The translations under genes and the position numbers were made by a program. Below, piece by piece: positions 1-12,193 of a DNA stretch of 36,225 bases. The notes under the pieces were generated by a model, which saw only the letters and a program-made list of their open reading frames with translations, was not told the origin of the DNA and made no database searches. Within the stretch, counting starts at the first letter, position 1. Every line of letters begins with the position of its first letter. Location of the stretch: positions 1-36,225 of the forward strand of contig ADNK01002180.1 in the NCBI GenBank assembly GCA_000320545.1, given 5' to 3'. Source of the stretch: Bigelowiella natans CCMP2755. Its lineage: Eukaryota; Protista; Cercozoa.

Positions 1-300
1 GAGTCTAAGCTCCTAGTCTCAGCTACATTTCTGCCCTTCAACCCCCCCCCCCCCCCCCCTCCTTAATGTAGTCCAATAAGGGGTGTGGGACGGCCCATTG
101 CTGTCTACCGAAATAAATCTAGGATACCCCCCCCCCGTAAAAATATTTACCCCACCCTCCCTCCATTTTTTCCCCCCAAAAAAAACAAAAATTAGATCAA
201 TATTTTAGCATGAAACGTGATGGCGAGGGTGTACGAGGCGGCTGCGTGTTGATAAGTGATGATATCAGCGCCGCGCCGCGTGCGACACATACAAATAACT

Positions 301-319
301 CACACATACACACACGCAC

Positions 320-371
<52 letters not shown>

Positions 372-375
372 GCGC
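301..375. repeat. (CA)n followed by (CG)n microsatellite, intronic
   Basis: Visible directly; explains the HTHTHT/RARARA spurious ORFs. Confidence 0.95.
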
Positions 376-437
376 AATTATATATTGAACATGCGCGAAA
401 CTCCCCCTCTCTCGTTTGCCTGCCTCGAATGTGTCAG

Positions 438-840
438 GTCCAAGCCTTCATTCCGCTGCAGGCTCCTCTCTCCCATACAACTATGAGGATTGGGCGAGGG
501 CGAGGGCGAGGGCGGCGTCGTCTGGAGAGGGCGGCCTCAGGCAGCGATCTGTACCGAACTCTCGTCGCTCTAGGTAATGCGCTCATCAAGAGAATATGGG
601 AGAGCGAACAACAGATAGATGCTGATGCTTTCTTCCTCTCCTCCGCATCATAATCATCATCCTCATCATCATCATCATCATCATCATCGCCGTCATCATG
701 ATTCCTATCCTGGTCTTCTTTCCTCCCCCCCCTCCTCCTCCACCACCACCACCTCCTCCTCCTTGTCGCTTTTCATTAGGCTGCAGGAGGACGAGTTGTT
801 AGTTGAGAACCCATTCGGCAGTAACGGAAACATAATGTGA
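438..840 (+). CDS. 3' exons of an unknown protein (5' part upstream or unresolved); exons 438-573 and 780-840
   Basis: Acceptor tgtcag|438, donor 573|gtaatg and acceptor ttcattag|780 splice in frame: GPSLHSAAGSSLPYNYEDWARARARAASSGEGGLRQRSVPNSRRSR|LQEDELLVENPFGSNGNIM*. The flanking introns hold (CA)n and (CAT)n microsatellites. No recognisable domain. Confidence 0.45.
646..701. repeat. (CAT)n microsatellite, intronic
   Basis: Visible directly; source of the poly-His ORF. Confidence 0.9.
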
Positions 841-1207
841 GCCTGCCGCGGCGGCAGACTGCGGTCGCTGCTGTGGTTGCTGCGCGGGCAGATGGTTGCG
901 ATGTAACAGCCCCTACAACCATGCCTTTTCGAGTTGTGATGATTGCCAAGAGAGGTGTGAGGGCAGACTTGTGGCTTTTGCACACATGCAGCTGGCAGGG
1001 TGCTGCCGCGGGCAAGCATGCGTATACATGCATCACAAGCGAAACGAAATGATTCATTTGTGCAGTAGCTAGCGCTCGCCTCTGCGGATGCTAATAATGC
1101 CGGAGAGTGCTACTGGAAGTGCTAGAGTGCGCTCTAGCTGTGATGAACCTGCACGTGCCTAGTTTGGTTTGGCTGCTGCAACGCTAGAACGCGCGTATTG
1201 AATAGGT

Positions 1208-1244
<37 letters not shown>
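1208..1244. repeat. (GT)n microsatellite, intergenic
   Basis: Visible directly. Confidence 0.95.
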
Positions 1245-1245
<1 letters not shown>

Positions 1246-1912
1246 CACATCACTTTTGCTAGTTCTCCATCTCTAGAAATGTGCATGCGTACATGCGCTA
1301 GATGCGGCTTCGAATTCAAGTGTGCAAGATTTCGTGCGTGAGGTCACGTGCACTGCTCTAGTGCTAGACTGCACGGTGATGTCGCACTTTTAGCTTTGTT
1401 TCTCTCAACTGTTACTGCTGCAAACATAAGATCTGCATCGTTGTTTTTGACACGTCTGCCCTGTAGTCCCCGCACCGCCCATGGATCTGCACAAGCTGCA
1501 TGCATCCTTGTTGGTGTATGAAATTAGCAAACTCGTTGACATGCGAGGGAATCAACCGCGGTTTTCCACCTTCGGTCTCAAGAGATGGCATGTCACGTTC
1601 TCACGCTCGCTCAATGCGTTTGTTGTATCCATTCCTAGGTACAGGCGGCAGTAATGCAGAACGTATTTTGTCATTGCAATGCAGCTCAAAAGAGGGAATT
1701 GCGCAGGCATGAGCACACAAAAATCTATGCATCTATCCACACATGAAACGTGTGTCCATCGCCATTGCCCATCAAATTCTGAAGAGCACGAGTCGCCGGA
1801 ACGCGGGCATTTTCACCAAAACAATGAGACTTTAGATGAAGATGCCTTTCTATACATGACAGCAATATTTTCCTGATGACAATATAATCAATGCCTATCT
1901 TCTGCATTTCTT

Positions 1913-3246
1913 CTATTTGGAGCAATCCTTCAAGCAACCGCTCACGAGAGGTTGCTGCGATGGCGCCTTCACCCTTTGCACCGCTCCGTTCCCTGAGGAG
2001 TCTCCCATCCGCAGCGGGGTGGAGAGTCGATACTTTTTGTACAAGTCCAGGCTAAGCTTCCCACATCGCGTGCTCCTCCAATGAGCAATCTCCTGTTGGT
2101 ACCCCTTCGGAAGCGACTTGAAGGGAATGATGGTCTTGCCATAAATTACTTGGTTTATTTCCGGTGGACAAGTCACGGGGTACATCAGTGCTGCCAGCGC
2201 TATTGCAGCCAACGTCGGCCTCCGCCCCCCTCCCTCTGCATCGCTCGTGAAAAAGACCTTTGACCCTTCCTTGGACTCCAGCATTTTGTCCAGTCGCGAA
2301 ACGGCCTTGTGGAGTACTTCCCTTTGCTTCATTGCAAACTGCCAAGCACACACAAAGCGTAAGATTGACTCCGAATGCGTTCCTTCATGATTCTGTCAGG
2401 ATAGTAGTGCTACCGAAAACACATTATGAATCGTTTCCAAGCCTGTTTCTTCCTACAACTAAATCATCTGCGACGGCTCTAACCTCTCTCCCACTGCATA
2501 CATTGCCACTACAGTCTTCTATGCTCGTGGGGTGTCGGCTGCTACCTCAGGGTTCTTCACCATAGAATTATACATGCCATGGGACAGCTTCGTTCGGAAA
2601 ACGTTGAAGCTAAGAGCATAGCGTTGATACCTAAAGAGAGGTCCGTGATCATAGGGGGATATTCCATGCACATTTCTATCGAGACGAAATGCGTGTGGGC
2701 AGTAAGAATTAGTGTTGTTCTTCGCTACCATCCTGTATGGTTGGCTGCTTGTAGCCAGGCAGAGAATGCAGCTTCGCCCTTGCCCTCCTGCAAGACGTGC
2801 GAATAGGCCAGGCAACGTGTTTGCGGTCCGACTTTAGTGTCGAGGAGGGCTTGGATCTCCTTCGGAATGGGGGTTCGGAGATCCACGCGGGTGCTAGGAT
2901 TTCTTCCGCCAAACTTGGTGAGGAGGCGCTCGTTCGTTGAGTCGATGCATTCCCACGAGTCCGTTCCAATATTTCCAGCCTCCGCTAAGAAAAGAAGTAA
3001 GGGAAAACCCAATTAAATGCGCATCGTCCGCTGTCGTCATCGAACCAAACCGTCATAAAGAAGCGGCGTGCTGCTCGGGCGTGACGTTCCTAGCCGCCTT
3101 CCTCGAAGGCGCGCAACAGGAGAGGTCATCATGTGAAAGCCAGGAAGATATCCAGCTTCAGTGAATGGGATATCCCTGAGCTCGAGCACCCAGCGTGCGG
3201 CATCGCAATAGTGCGAATAGGGGATCGTGTACAAAGTTGGCATCAT
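1913..3246 (-). CDS. Glutathione S-transferase family protein (GST-N/thioredoxin fold + GST-C-like); exons 3246-3051, 2984-2729, 2630-2546, 2338-1913
   Basis: N-terminus MMPTLYTIPYSHYCDAARWVLELRDIPF...STPLL...TDSWECI has the SHYC, cis-Pro and DS features of GST-N. The C-terminus reads PTLAAIALAALMYPVTCPPE...WRSTRCGKLSLDLYKKYR. Three phase-compatible GT-AG introns join the ORF fragments. Confidence 0.85.
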
Positions 3247-3629
3247 GGATCTGGACGGCGAGGCAGCTGCGTGCTCGGAAGGGGCCGGCGAGAACCCAAG
3301 AGATCTTGGGAAAACGCCATGGATTCGTGGCAAATTTCGCCGAGCGACATGCGAGAATCCTTATCGCATTATAAAAATAGGTTTTAGTTTTTCAAGGGGT
3401 AGTCTTGGTCGAAAGAATCATTCCGGTGCTCGTACTTGAAACTACCACAGAGTTTACGTCCTGCGACAGGAAGATTCGCAGGGATTTTCTAGTTTTCTGT
3501 GAAATAGATCTAGAATAGCCTTGGTTATTCTTCGTATGAAATACGAAACAACGCCCATAAATTATATCCTGCGACAGGGGTTATTTCTTTGTCGTAGTGA
3601 TGTAAACTTGTCTCAGTCAGTTCCTGCAA
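3247..3629. promoter_or_regulatory. AT-rich bidirectional promoter between the GST and MddA-like genes, with two TCCTGCGACAGG copies (3459-3470, 3567-3578)
   Basis: Short head-to-head spacer; the exact 12-bp direct repeat is seen in the sequence; regulatory function is inferred. Confidence 0.5.
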
Positions 3630-4800
3630 ATGCCAGGCGGATCTGCTCCTCCTGCCCCTTCTCGATGGACGGCACTGTCAGCGACGCTGTCCGGTGCTTC
3701 GCTCGTGGGGTCCCATGTCATCATCCTCTTCCAGATCATGGCTCTAACAAACGACCCACTCGGTAAATGAGAACGAGTTGGTAGCAACCCATGCTCGCCG
3801 CTGATAATTCTGTGTACCCAGATCTAGGTGTTCCGACTATCGACGCAAAGCACAGTATGAACCAGCAGCACGGTGGCGTTCAATTTGAAGGGCTCCTCCG
3901 CGCCGTCCTGCTCTTCACAATTTGGACCGTGCAGCACAGCGGGATGGCCCGCCCGTTCATCAAGGAGAGGGTGTGGGGCAAAGGGAGCCCTTCGGAGCGT
4001 GGATTTTACGGGATAATGACGCTGGCTGCCTGGTCGGCTTTGGTGTTTTTGTGGAAGCCCGTCCAATCTTATTACGTCTGGGATATGTGGAAGACCCCCC
4101 TCCCACGGTTTGTCATCGGTGCCGGCCTCATACTGTACGCGGTTGTCTCGATGCTGTCTATCATGTACCTGATCCCGGACCACATCTTCGGGGTGACGGC
4201 GCGCTACAACGTGAGTGCTATCTGTGTTCTACCTTGCCCGTGTGTGGCCGCCGAGCCGCTGGTGCCCGCCGTTTTTCTTTGCGCGCGAGAAGCTGTGGGT
4301 GACTGACGTGAAAACCGTTGTTGGTGCTGTGTGCTTTGAGTAGGACCCCACTCGGAAAAAAGAGGTGACGCAGAGACACTTGAAACAACAACGCCGGACT
4401 AAGGATTCCATAACAGCGCGATGTCAGCATGCAATTTGAGCTGTTTTTCTATAAATATAACTAGGTTTATTATCACTACCCATACTCAATGGTCCGTCAC
4501 CCTGGAAGCAGCGGATTTCTGTTCTTCAGTTGGGGCTTCTATGTCCTGTCGCTTTCGCTGAATCACGCCGTTTTCGCAGCTGGCTGGACTGTGTTTATCT
4601 TCATCGGAACTTATCTCGAAGAGCAAGGTTTGAGAGAGGAGTTTGGCACAGCGTACGATGATTACGCAAGACAAGTCCCCCCGTTCTGTCCAAAGTTGGG
4701 GTTCTTCGCGGGAGAGCGACCTCATCCTCCGAAAAAGGACGATGATAATGACGGCTATGGGTCTCGCGGGCATGCACGTTCACCGTTACTACGTTCGTAG
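3630..4800 (+). CDS. MddA/nurim-like integral membrane S-methyltransferase (ICMT/PEMT superfamily); exons 3630-3762, 3822-4210, 4344-4364 (21-nt micro-exon), 4465-4800
   Basis: Motifs LFTIWTVQHSGMARPFIK...SERGFY...LWKPV...VWD and YSMVRHPG...NHAVFAAGWTVFIFIGTYLEEQGLREEFGTAYDDYARQVP match the QHSxMAR/ER.xY and YxxVRHP/EExxLxxxFGxxYxxYxxxVP signatures of the MddA/nurim family. All junctions are phase-compatible. Confidence 0.85.
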
Positions 4801-5325
4801 CTTCATGTACGGCAATGTATTATCCACATATTGCGCAGAGAATGTTCTACGATTATGTACACACAAATACTAGATGGAAAATTTGCACTCGAGCGTACGT
4901 TGGATCAAGTAAGGGGGCATCAAAATCGTATCGTTATCGTACGCGCCGCCGCAAACTTGCGCATCAATCGTGCTTGTGATGAAGCAGCACCATCAACACA
5001 GCTTCATGATCAAATTTGACCTACTCATTCTACGCAATATGCACTAATACACGCACATAGATGCGCAGAAAATGCGCTGCGAACAACATGATAGACACCA
5101 CGTAATACTGTTGTCTATAATCAACAGACGTGTTTACACATGCTTGCTCGATCGACTATCGCACAGCAACATGCATGGGGCTTGACACATCAATCACAGA
5201 TTCAAATTCTAACTGAATTCGTATATTCGAAATTGCAGTGCTGATCTCAAGGTCTCATACAGCTCACACCAAAGCAAAGAGCTTATACGGCGCTTACGAT
5301 GCTGCAACTCACGCAAGAATGTAAG

Positions 5326-7602
5326 TTACTGCAGCATATCTATACCAACCAGCGAATTCTGCAGTCTACTAGGCATACTGTTCATAGCCGCCGTCGTAGC
5401 CCCTGTCCTGTCGTAACTTGGATCAAAACATGCAAACAAAGCCTGTGAGAAATAAGACACCAGTGGGTGGTGGGGGGGGGACTTGAAATTTAACTCATGG
5501 AAATAACGATTTTCGGGCACATATTACCCCGATGATTTACGCTAGAGCTTCGAGATGTTTCTGCTGCTGCTTTCCACGCGTCTCTTGGCTAAGCTGCTGT
5601 TGCTGTTGTGGACGGTTTGCTGTCGATCCTGCCCTAGCTCGTCCCCTCTGAGTATCACGCAGATAGTCATACGAATGCATGTGGTAGAAGAAGAAGAAGA
5701 AGAAGAAGAAGAAGAAAGAAATGTGCTGAGCTTTCAGTAGGTTAATAGTGACACGGGCCTTTGGATTAGAGGAAATGTTTTTTTGGGTTTTTTTAAAAAC
5801 TACCGTGCTTGCTGACGACGCCTGCCTTCCTCGCACCGCCCTGGTGGCGTTCATCGTATGGAGAGCCTCTTCACGGGTTTCCTGTTTCATTTGGAAAGCA
5901 GTAACCGAGAGGAGAGGGTAAAGAAGAGAATTCAGATTAAACAGATTTGAGCGCCAGGATGCATACTTGGCGGTGGGGGATGGTAGCGTGTACGTGAGCG
6001 TGTATTTTGAACATCACTGATATATAATAAATATATGTAAAATATAATATTAGTCAACGCCCCACCAGCTGAGTCTCTGCCGTGTCTCTCTCCTCCAGGA
6101 AGCTCTCGCTACCAGCGCCAACATCATTGCGAGCCTTTAAGGGGACGGCGGAGTGCATATCTCCCTCCTCGCTGCGAAATCCATGAGCACTCGGGCCTAT
6201 GTTGGTGTGAAACAGGAAAGAACCGCCGTTCGATGAAAGATGGCTGCGCAGAGCAATCTATCTTAAGCCTATCGACGCTATTACTAGTCTCGCGGAGGTC
6301 AAGCTGCTGATGTGTTCGCTGCTTCTATTAGGATGACGAGGGTGTGTTTGTTGTATCTCTCACCATAGCCTCTGTATCGACTTTCCTCGTCGTGTAGCGG
6401 AACGCCATTCCCGGTTTTGCCGTGGACTTGAGCGGCAGTTGCGAGAAGAATCTAAACAGTGTTTCTACTTCAATTGTGGCCATTTCTCCGAGAGATATAT
6501 TATCATTACTAGTAGTACTAGTAGTAGTAGAAGTAGTAGAAGAAGTAGCAGCAATTCTTTTTCTTTCTCTGCGCTAAAAACGCTGTTGGCTCGTTTTCTT
6601 CGCGACCAATTTCAATACTTCACATAGTTCTACACCCCCATCTCTTTTTCGCCTCCCTGTAAGCTACTACGTGAACCCGCAACTAATTCTCTATTGCTAC
6701 TGCATCAATCCTACCGGCTGCGCGCCTTCATCTCCAGGAAGGAAGCTGTCAGTATTCATCATTGCTTGGTTGTGATGACCTCTAGCTGTTGCCTTCTGGT
6801 ATTAACGATATGCAAACGTGGCTTAGATCGTGAGGGTCGACGTTGGGGCGCGGAGCCCTATTTTCTCTTCTCCTTCAATCTCGGTAACGATGCGTTTGCC
6901 ACTCATTCGTCGCGACGAAAACTAGACCGCTCGCCTGCTCCCCCCCTCCCTACTATCACGATGACATGCTGGATTGCGATCCCTCGTTATGTTCAAACCG
7001 AACCTGCATTTGTGTGGCACAGCCCGCGAACAGGAGCACTGCGCATGCGAACAACGTCACCTGGAGTGAAGAGGTAAGGAGGGGAAGGGAGCGGCGGGGA
7101 GGGATTACAAGCGTGGTGTCAGTTTCCCACACAGTCCAGTCGAGACTATCTATTTACCATCATGTTGGTCTCCTTTTCAGGAAGCCAGCACCCTTGCCTC
7201 GCGGCCTTCAACGCCCCCCGCTTCCCGTTGTTCTAATAAGAAAAACACAACACATTTAGATCGTGCGGCTTCCGCGATCCAATCCCGGGATAGGACGGAT
7301 GGTGAAAGAGGATCGCCCACCCTCTTATCTGATGGGGAATTCTTGTAGACAACGATCCCGAAGTTTGCATTCGTTGCGGACGCCATCGGAATCTCGGCAC
7401 CGTCAATGCCGGAGATGTTATCATTATTCATGCTCGGGCTCATTCTTGAGCCTTTTCGGGTTGAAACTGCCGGTGCTACTGCCTCTTGTTTGGCGGAGTC
7501 TTCTATTCTTGATCTTCCCGTACCATCGCTTAAGAAGTCATCCTCCGCGGTATAATAGGAGGGGTTGGCAAAAGAAGAATATTCCCATGAGTCTCCTTGC
7601 AT
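5326..7602 (-). CDS. Hypothetical multi-exon protein with one hydrophobic segment; 3' exon structure uncertain
   Basis: ATG at 7602 (MQGDSWEYSS...SPSDKR), then phase-0 exons NNGKRG...TNMM | VTLFACAVLLFAGCATQMQ | KATARG...GAQP. Later exon candidates ETREEALH...SAST and RGRARAG...HLEAL are bounded by GT/AG. No known domain recognised. Confidence 0.45.
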
Positions 7603-8166
7603 TTCTTCAGATTTTCCGACTAAATTCTAAAAAGAGCACAGAGTCAGGCTAAATGAGATCGCACGTTCAACTTCCTTAAAGGTCTAAAGGAGGTGAGAAA
7701 CAGCTTTCCCAACCCGAGCACTCTCCCTCCATCCCCTCATCTCTGTATCCACATCCCCCTCCCCACTCCTCATCCTTTACTCGGGCGGCTGTCAGACAAT
7801 TGAGCTTGAAACAATAATTTGAATTTCAAATTTTTCCTAATTTTCCCGCGAATATCGCCCGATTTGTGCAATGCGACAACCCACTTCGTCACTACTTACC
7901 GCAACTTAAAAATAAGCTATGTCGCAGGGATGGTTTCCCCTACCTCCTTCTGACTCTGCCATCCCGGAGTTGAAGCTGCATGTTTCTCGCATAAAAAAAG
8001 GCCTATTTTTACGTGGATAGTTTTTGCGAAAACCGGAGGGATTTCTTATTAAAAAAGGCTAGAATTCGATGTTTTTAGGTCTGAAAACATCGAACGGAAC
8101 TTCGCCGCGCTGGCTAGTAGATCGTTCGCAACCGCAGCGGAGGGGGGAGGGCGCGAGCAAACGGGG

Positions 8167-9858
8167 GTGGCAGAATTTCGAGGAAGCCGGTTGAGTTGGA
8201 GGGCCTTGGGGGTGGTGGTGTTGGTAATTTTCTCCACACTAGACGGGGGGGGAGGGCGGGAACTCGCTTCATCGAGCGCGTCCAAACGGCCTAGATTTTC
8301 AAGTAAGCACTGTACATGTCTGTGTTGCGAAGCTAATACTTGTTTCCTGCTGGCAGCGAGGCGATAACCGACTGGCATGCCCTTTAGGTTTGCGGCTGAT
8401 CTTCTTGTTAGCTGAATAGCGCGCCTCCTCTATGTTGTCCGCAGGTTCGAAACGGGGGAGGCCGGGAAGGAAAAGCTCACTCGAGGAAGATGACTCCGAG
8501 CAGGGCCTGGGTAGTTAGTCAGTCATTATTGACACCTGAAAACATCGATCCTGGATTATGATATACACGCACGTAGCCTAGAGTGTGAGTGTCGGGGTTT
8601 GAATTCTTCGGTGTGCGTTCTTGTGCGGAACGTAAATGCACCCGCAACGACAGGTGGGAATGGAAGCCATGGCAGCAGCACCTTCACAGCCACCGTGCAG
8701 TCGATTCCGGGATGGAAGAGCTATCGTGACAGATCTCGCATGGTGCGTCTTGTGTCGTTAGTTGAAAGGATTGGTCCCCGATGCTGACGACAACGCCGTT
8801 GCTGTGTTCGTGTGCGCCTTCGTTTGCTTTTCCAGATAAGATGGCACAAAGGAGGCGTCATGAGATTTGTCGATCCCTACCCTTTCAGTAAATACGAAAC
8901 CCTAATCTCGCCCTTTTCATTACTCGCTCCCCTATCATTAGCCGCGGCTCGAAAATCGCTTACGCTCCACACACACACACACGCGCGCGCGCGCGCTTAG
9001 ACAAACACGCACGCACGCGCCACATATAACACACAATTTCCAACAGGCATCAAGAACCTGACACGCGCGGATAATTATCGCGAGGTCCGCCACCTCCTCC
9101 CAGATAGCTTCTCCAACTACACGACCGATGTTCCTATGCAAAGCCGCTCGCTAACGGAGAGCGAGAAGGAGGATACCGACGTCACGACGGAGATGACGCG
9201 CACGTCCTCTATGCACTGGTAACACATCGCCATTCTGCTATTGGGCGAGAAGAGGGCGCGAGAAATGTCTGTTTCGCAAGGGGGTGGGGAAGCCGCCCTT
9301 GGGTGTGTGTGTGTGTGTGTGAGGAGAATGCCTGCTGATTCTTTGTGTCGTGGCGTGGTGCTTGGCGTTTATATCAGGGAGGACACGAATCTCGTGTACC
9401 ACGGAGACGATAACCCTGGTGGGGTGGTGGTGATGAGGCCGAGGAAGAGAAAAAGAAGAAGAAAAATAAGACGAAAAACGAAGAAGGGAATCAATCATCA
9501 GCGCTCTTCAACCCAGCACTCTTCATTTTCTATTGCAGAGCCCCACTGACCCCGTTTTCCTCACCCCCCCCCCCCTCCTCCCACCCCTGTCGCAGCGTGT
9601 CGAAATGCAAAGGTTGCCCTGTACCATGCTGGTATTTTCCGCGACTCACAAAGGCCCTTCAGCCTCAAGTTTCCGATTCATGTCAAATACGGTGAGAGCG
9701 GTGGAAGAAGAAGAAGAAGAAGAAGAAGAAGAAGAAGAAGAAGGAGGAGCAATAGTGGAGAATGGAGATGAAAGAACGTTAAATTCCCCCCCCCCTCCCC
9801 ACCCCCCCAACCTCCCCCTTTCTATCTCTACAAGTTATATCTATGCGCGAATATATAC

Positions 9859-9926
<68 letters not shown>

Positions 9927-10286
9927 ATATGTTAATCACGTCGCACGCGCCTCGCGCAGGGAAGTACCCCATTCAACTCGGAACTACGGTCTCGACGGAC
10001 TACTCCGCGAAAAAGCCAAAGGTGACATTTGACGCCGAGGATCGCCTCTACACGCTCCTCCTCACTGATATTGACAATCCCGTCCCCGAGAGCCCCTCGA
10101 ATCGAGAGGCCGTGCACTGGGCCGTGACGAATATACCAGGAAACAACATCTACATGGGGGAGGAAGGTAGCAGAAAGGCTGCTTGCGCCGCACTAGATGT
10201 TGGTAGAAAACGGGTGTGTGTGTGTTTTATCTGTATTTCTATGAAAATATATGTGTGGGTGTGTGTGAGTGGGTGTGTGTGAGTGA

Positions 10287-10329
<43 letters not shown>

Positions 10330-10513
10330 TGTGTGTGACGTTTGGCACATCGTCGTAGTTGTTTCATACCGCCGGCCGATGAACTTGATCGACACGCACC
10401 GAATGGTATTCACTCTCTATGAGCACACGCGGGGATATCTCAAATTCAAAGTAGTAACGGTGGTGCGTGCGGTGCGGTGCGGGGGGGTTCTTAGCTGCTT
10501 TCTCAAAGCTTGT

Positions 10514-10551
<38 letters not shown>

Positions 10552-10891
10552 TCCCCCTCCCTGATCTCTCTATCCCTAGAATAAGGAAATCACTTCTATT
10601 GAAAGCAGCGATCCGCGCACATGCATGCCGGAGAGCAGTTGCGGCTCCATTTAATCCGAAGCAAAAGCATGCAAATGAAGCGTCCTCTCCCCCCCCCCCC
10701 CTTCTCTCTTTCTCTCTCTCTCTCTCAGGAGTTTACCATCTTCAAGTTCGACCAAACACGGTGGTGCCACAGCCCTAGAAACATCGACAGAATAACGACC
10801 TAGAACAGTGCTGGAATGAGCGCGAAAAGCAAACCAGGCGACGCCGACGATGCTGCCTTTTGCCCCTGCGGCGGCACGATCATCGGCGTTA

Positions 10892-10944
<53 letters not shown>

Positions 10945-11543
10945 TTTCTTTGTGTTTGGCTGTGGCGGGTTGCATAGAACCGTAGCAGTCCTTCTCTTGA
11001 GTTTCCTGGGGCGTTATGGTGCTGGTGCGCGCGCACTCACCCCGGTTTTTTCCTTCCCCCGTTTCAGTTTGTTTTTCCATAACCTGCATCCGATACTGCG
11101 GCTGTTTGTTGTGCGTGCACGGCGTGTTTTTGGTCGCGAGGCGGAGACTCGCCGTAGCTTGCCTCTTCCCACGTCCACCGTAGCTAGCCGTTCTTTTTGC
11201 ATAATCGGAAGGGCACGTGACGGCACATCACTCTCTCCTTCTCCATCAACATTCCTAACCGGCCATTAGGTTCTCCAAGCTGCTCGCGCTGAAGCCCGTC
11301 GCGTGCACGTACTTCAAGCACAAAGGCATGATCCTCTCGGAGCGCGACTTCGGAAAGCAGTTTAAGAACAACGAAGTGCTGTCGTCGTCAGACGATGAGC
11401 CCTTTCTGGACCGGATGAAGAAACTCACCAAGTCGCTCGTGCACAACGCCAGCATCTGGTCACGCGCTGCCGGCCACGATCTGAGTACCCGCCGCGCGGT
11501 CACGATGCGCGATAAGATATCCCGACGCATCATCGATCGGTGA
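8167..11543 (+). CDS. PEBP/RKIP-family (phosphatidylethanolamine-binding) protein with a long N-terminal extension; about 11-12 exons; start codon not resolved
   Basis: Spliced product contains KPKVTFDAEDRLYTLLLTDIDNPVPESPSNREAVHWAVTNIPGN...SYRRP...DTHRMVFTLYEH...LKPVACTYF, equivalent to the PEBP DPDxP, HW..xNIPG and GxHR..F motifs. The last exon is 11270-11543. Introns are phase-compatible and microsatellite-filled. Confidence 0.8.
9704..9924. repeat. (GAA)n, poly-C and (AT)n microsatellites inside a PEBP intron
   Basis: Visible directly; produce the poly-E and YIYIYI stretches of ORF 9533..10282. Confidence 0.9.
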
Positions 11544-12097
11544 CCTCGATGTGTGGAAGTGACGGAAGCCACTGCACGTTGCTGATTAAATTGAGTTAAC
11601 AATGCAATGTGTTTGTCTTAGTTTCATTACGCAAATTGTCTGTGTGACGGTCGTCGTATACGTAGTGTAGTTAGCCCAATGCTTGTCTAGATAGAGGTCT
11701 GAGTGTGGCGCATTAGCTGCGCCGATGCCAGGCATATGCGCATATTCCAGATCTCCCTTGCTATTAACCGTACCAGCGATGATGATGGCATTCGCAACTT
11801 TAATAATGTGTAGCTAGCAGCGGGTGGCTCATGTGCGCATGTCTGTACTGCTGTTTGTTTTGATTTAAAACTAGATAGGTTATATATGCTAGTATCAACT
11901 CTATGTAGACACAGTCTGCTCCAATAAAACTCGTCAGGGGGCGTGCTCCATTGTGCCACGATGTGCAAGCACGCGCGCGCGCTTCTACATCCCATCTGAT
12001 CTGTACGGCGTTACGATGCAACGTGACTGCGGCTATGCCGCCGGGAGCGCGCATTAGATTGGTGATGAAGCAATGCACTATCTTTGCACAGAAAGGT

Positions 12098-12138
<41 letters not shown>

Positions 12139-12193
12139 ACACACGCATGCCAAAATCGTCCGAAAGCGTTGCACAGCTGTATCTAGCTGTAAT

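Noticed and set aside
1-205. Poly-C/poly-A rich start of the window as a regulatory or telomere-like element
   Set aside because: Irregular homopolymers with no repeat unit; it looks like low-quality read-end sequence next to a gap.
210-840. ORFs with HTHTHT, RARARA and poly-His tracts
   Set aside because: Translations through intronic (CA)n, (CG)n and (CAT)n microsatellites. The same applies to the YIYIY, SLSLS and CVCVC ORFs elsewhere.
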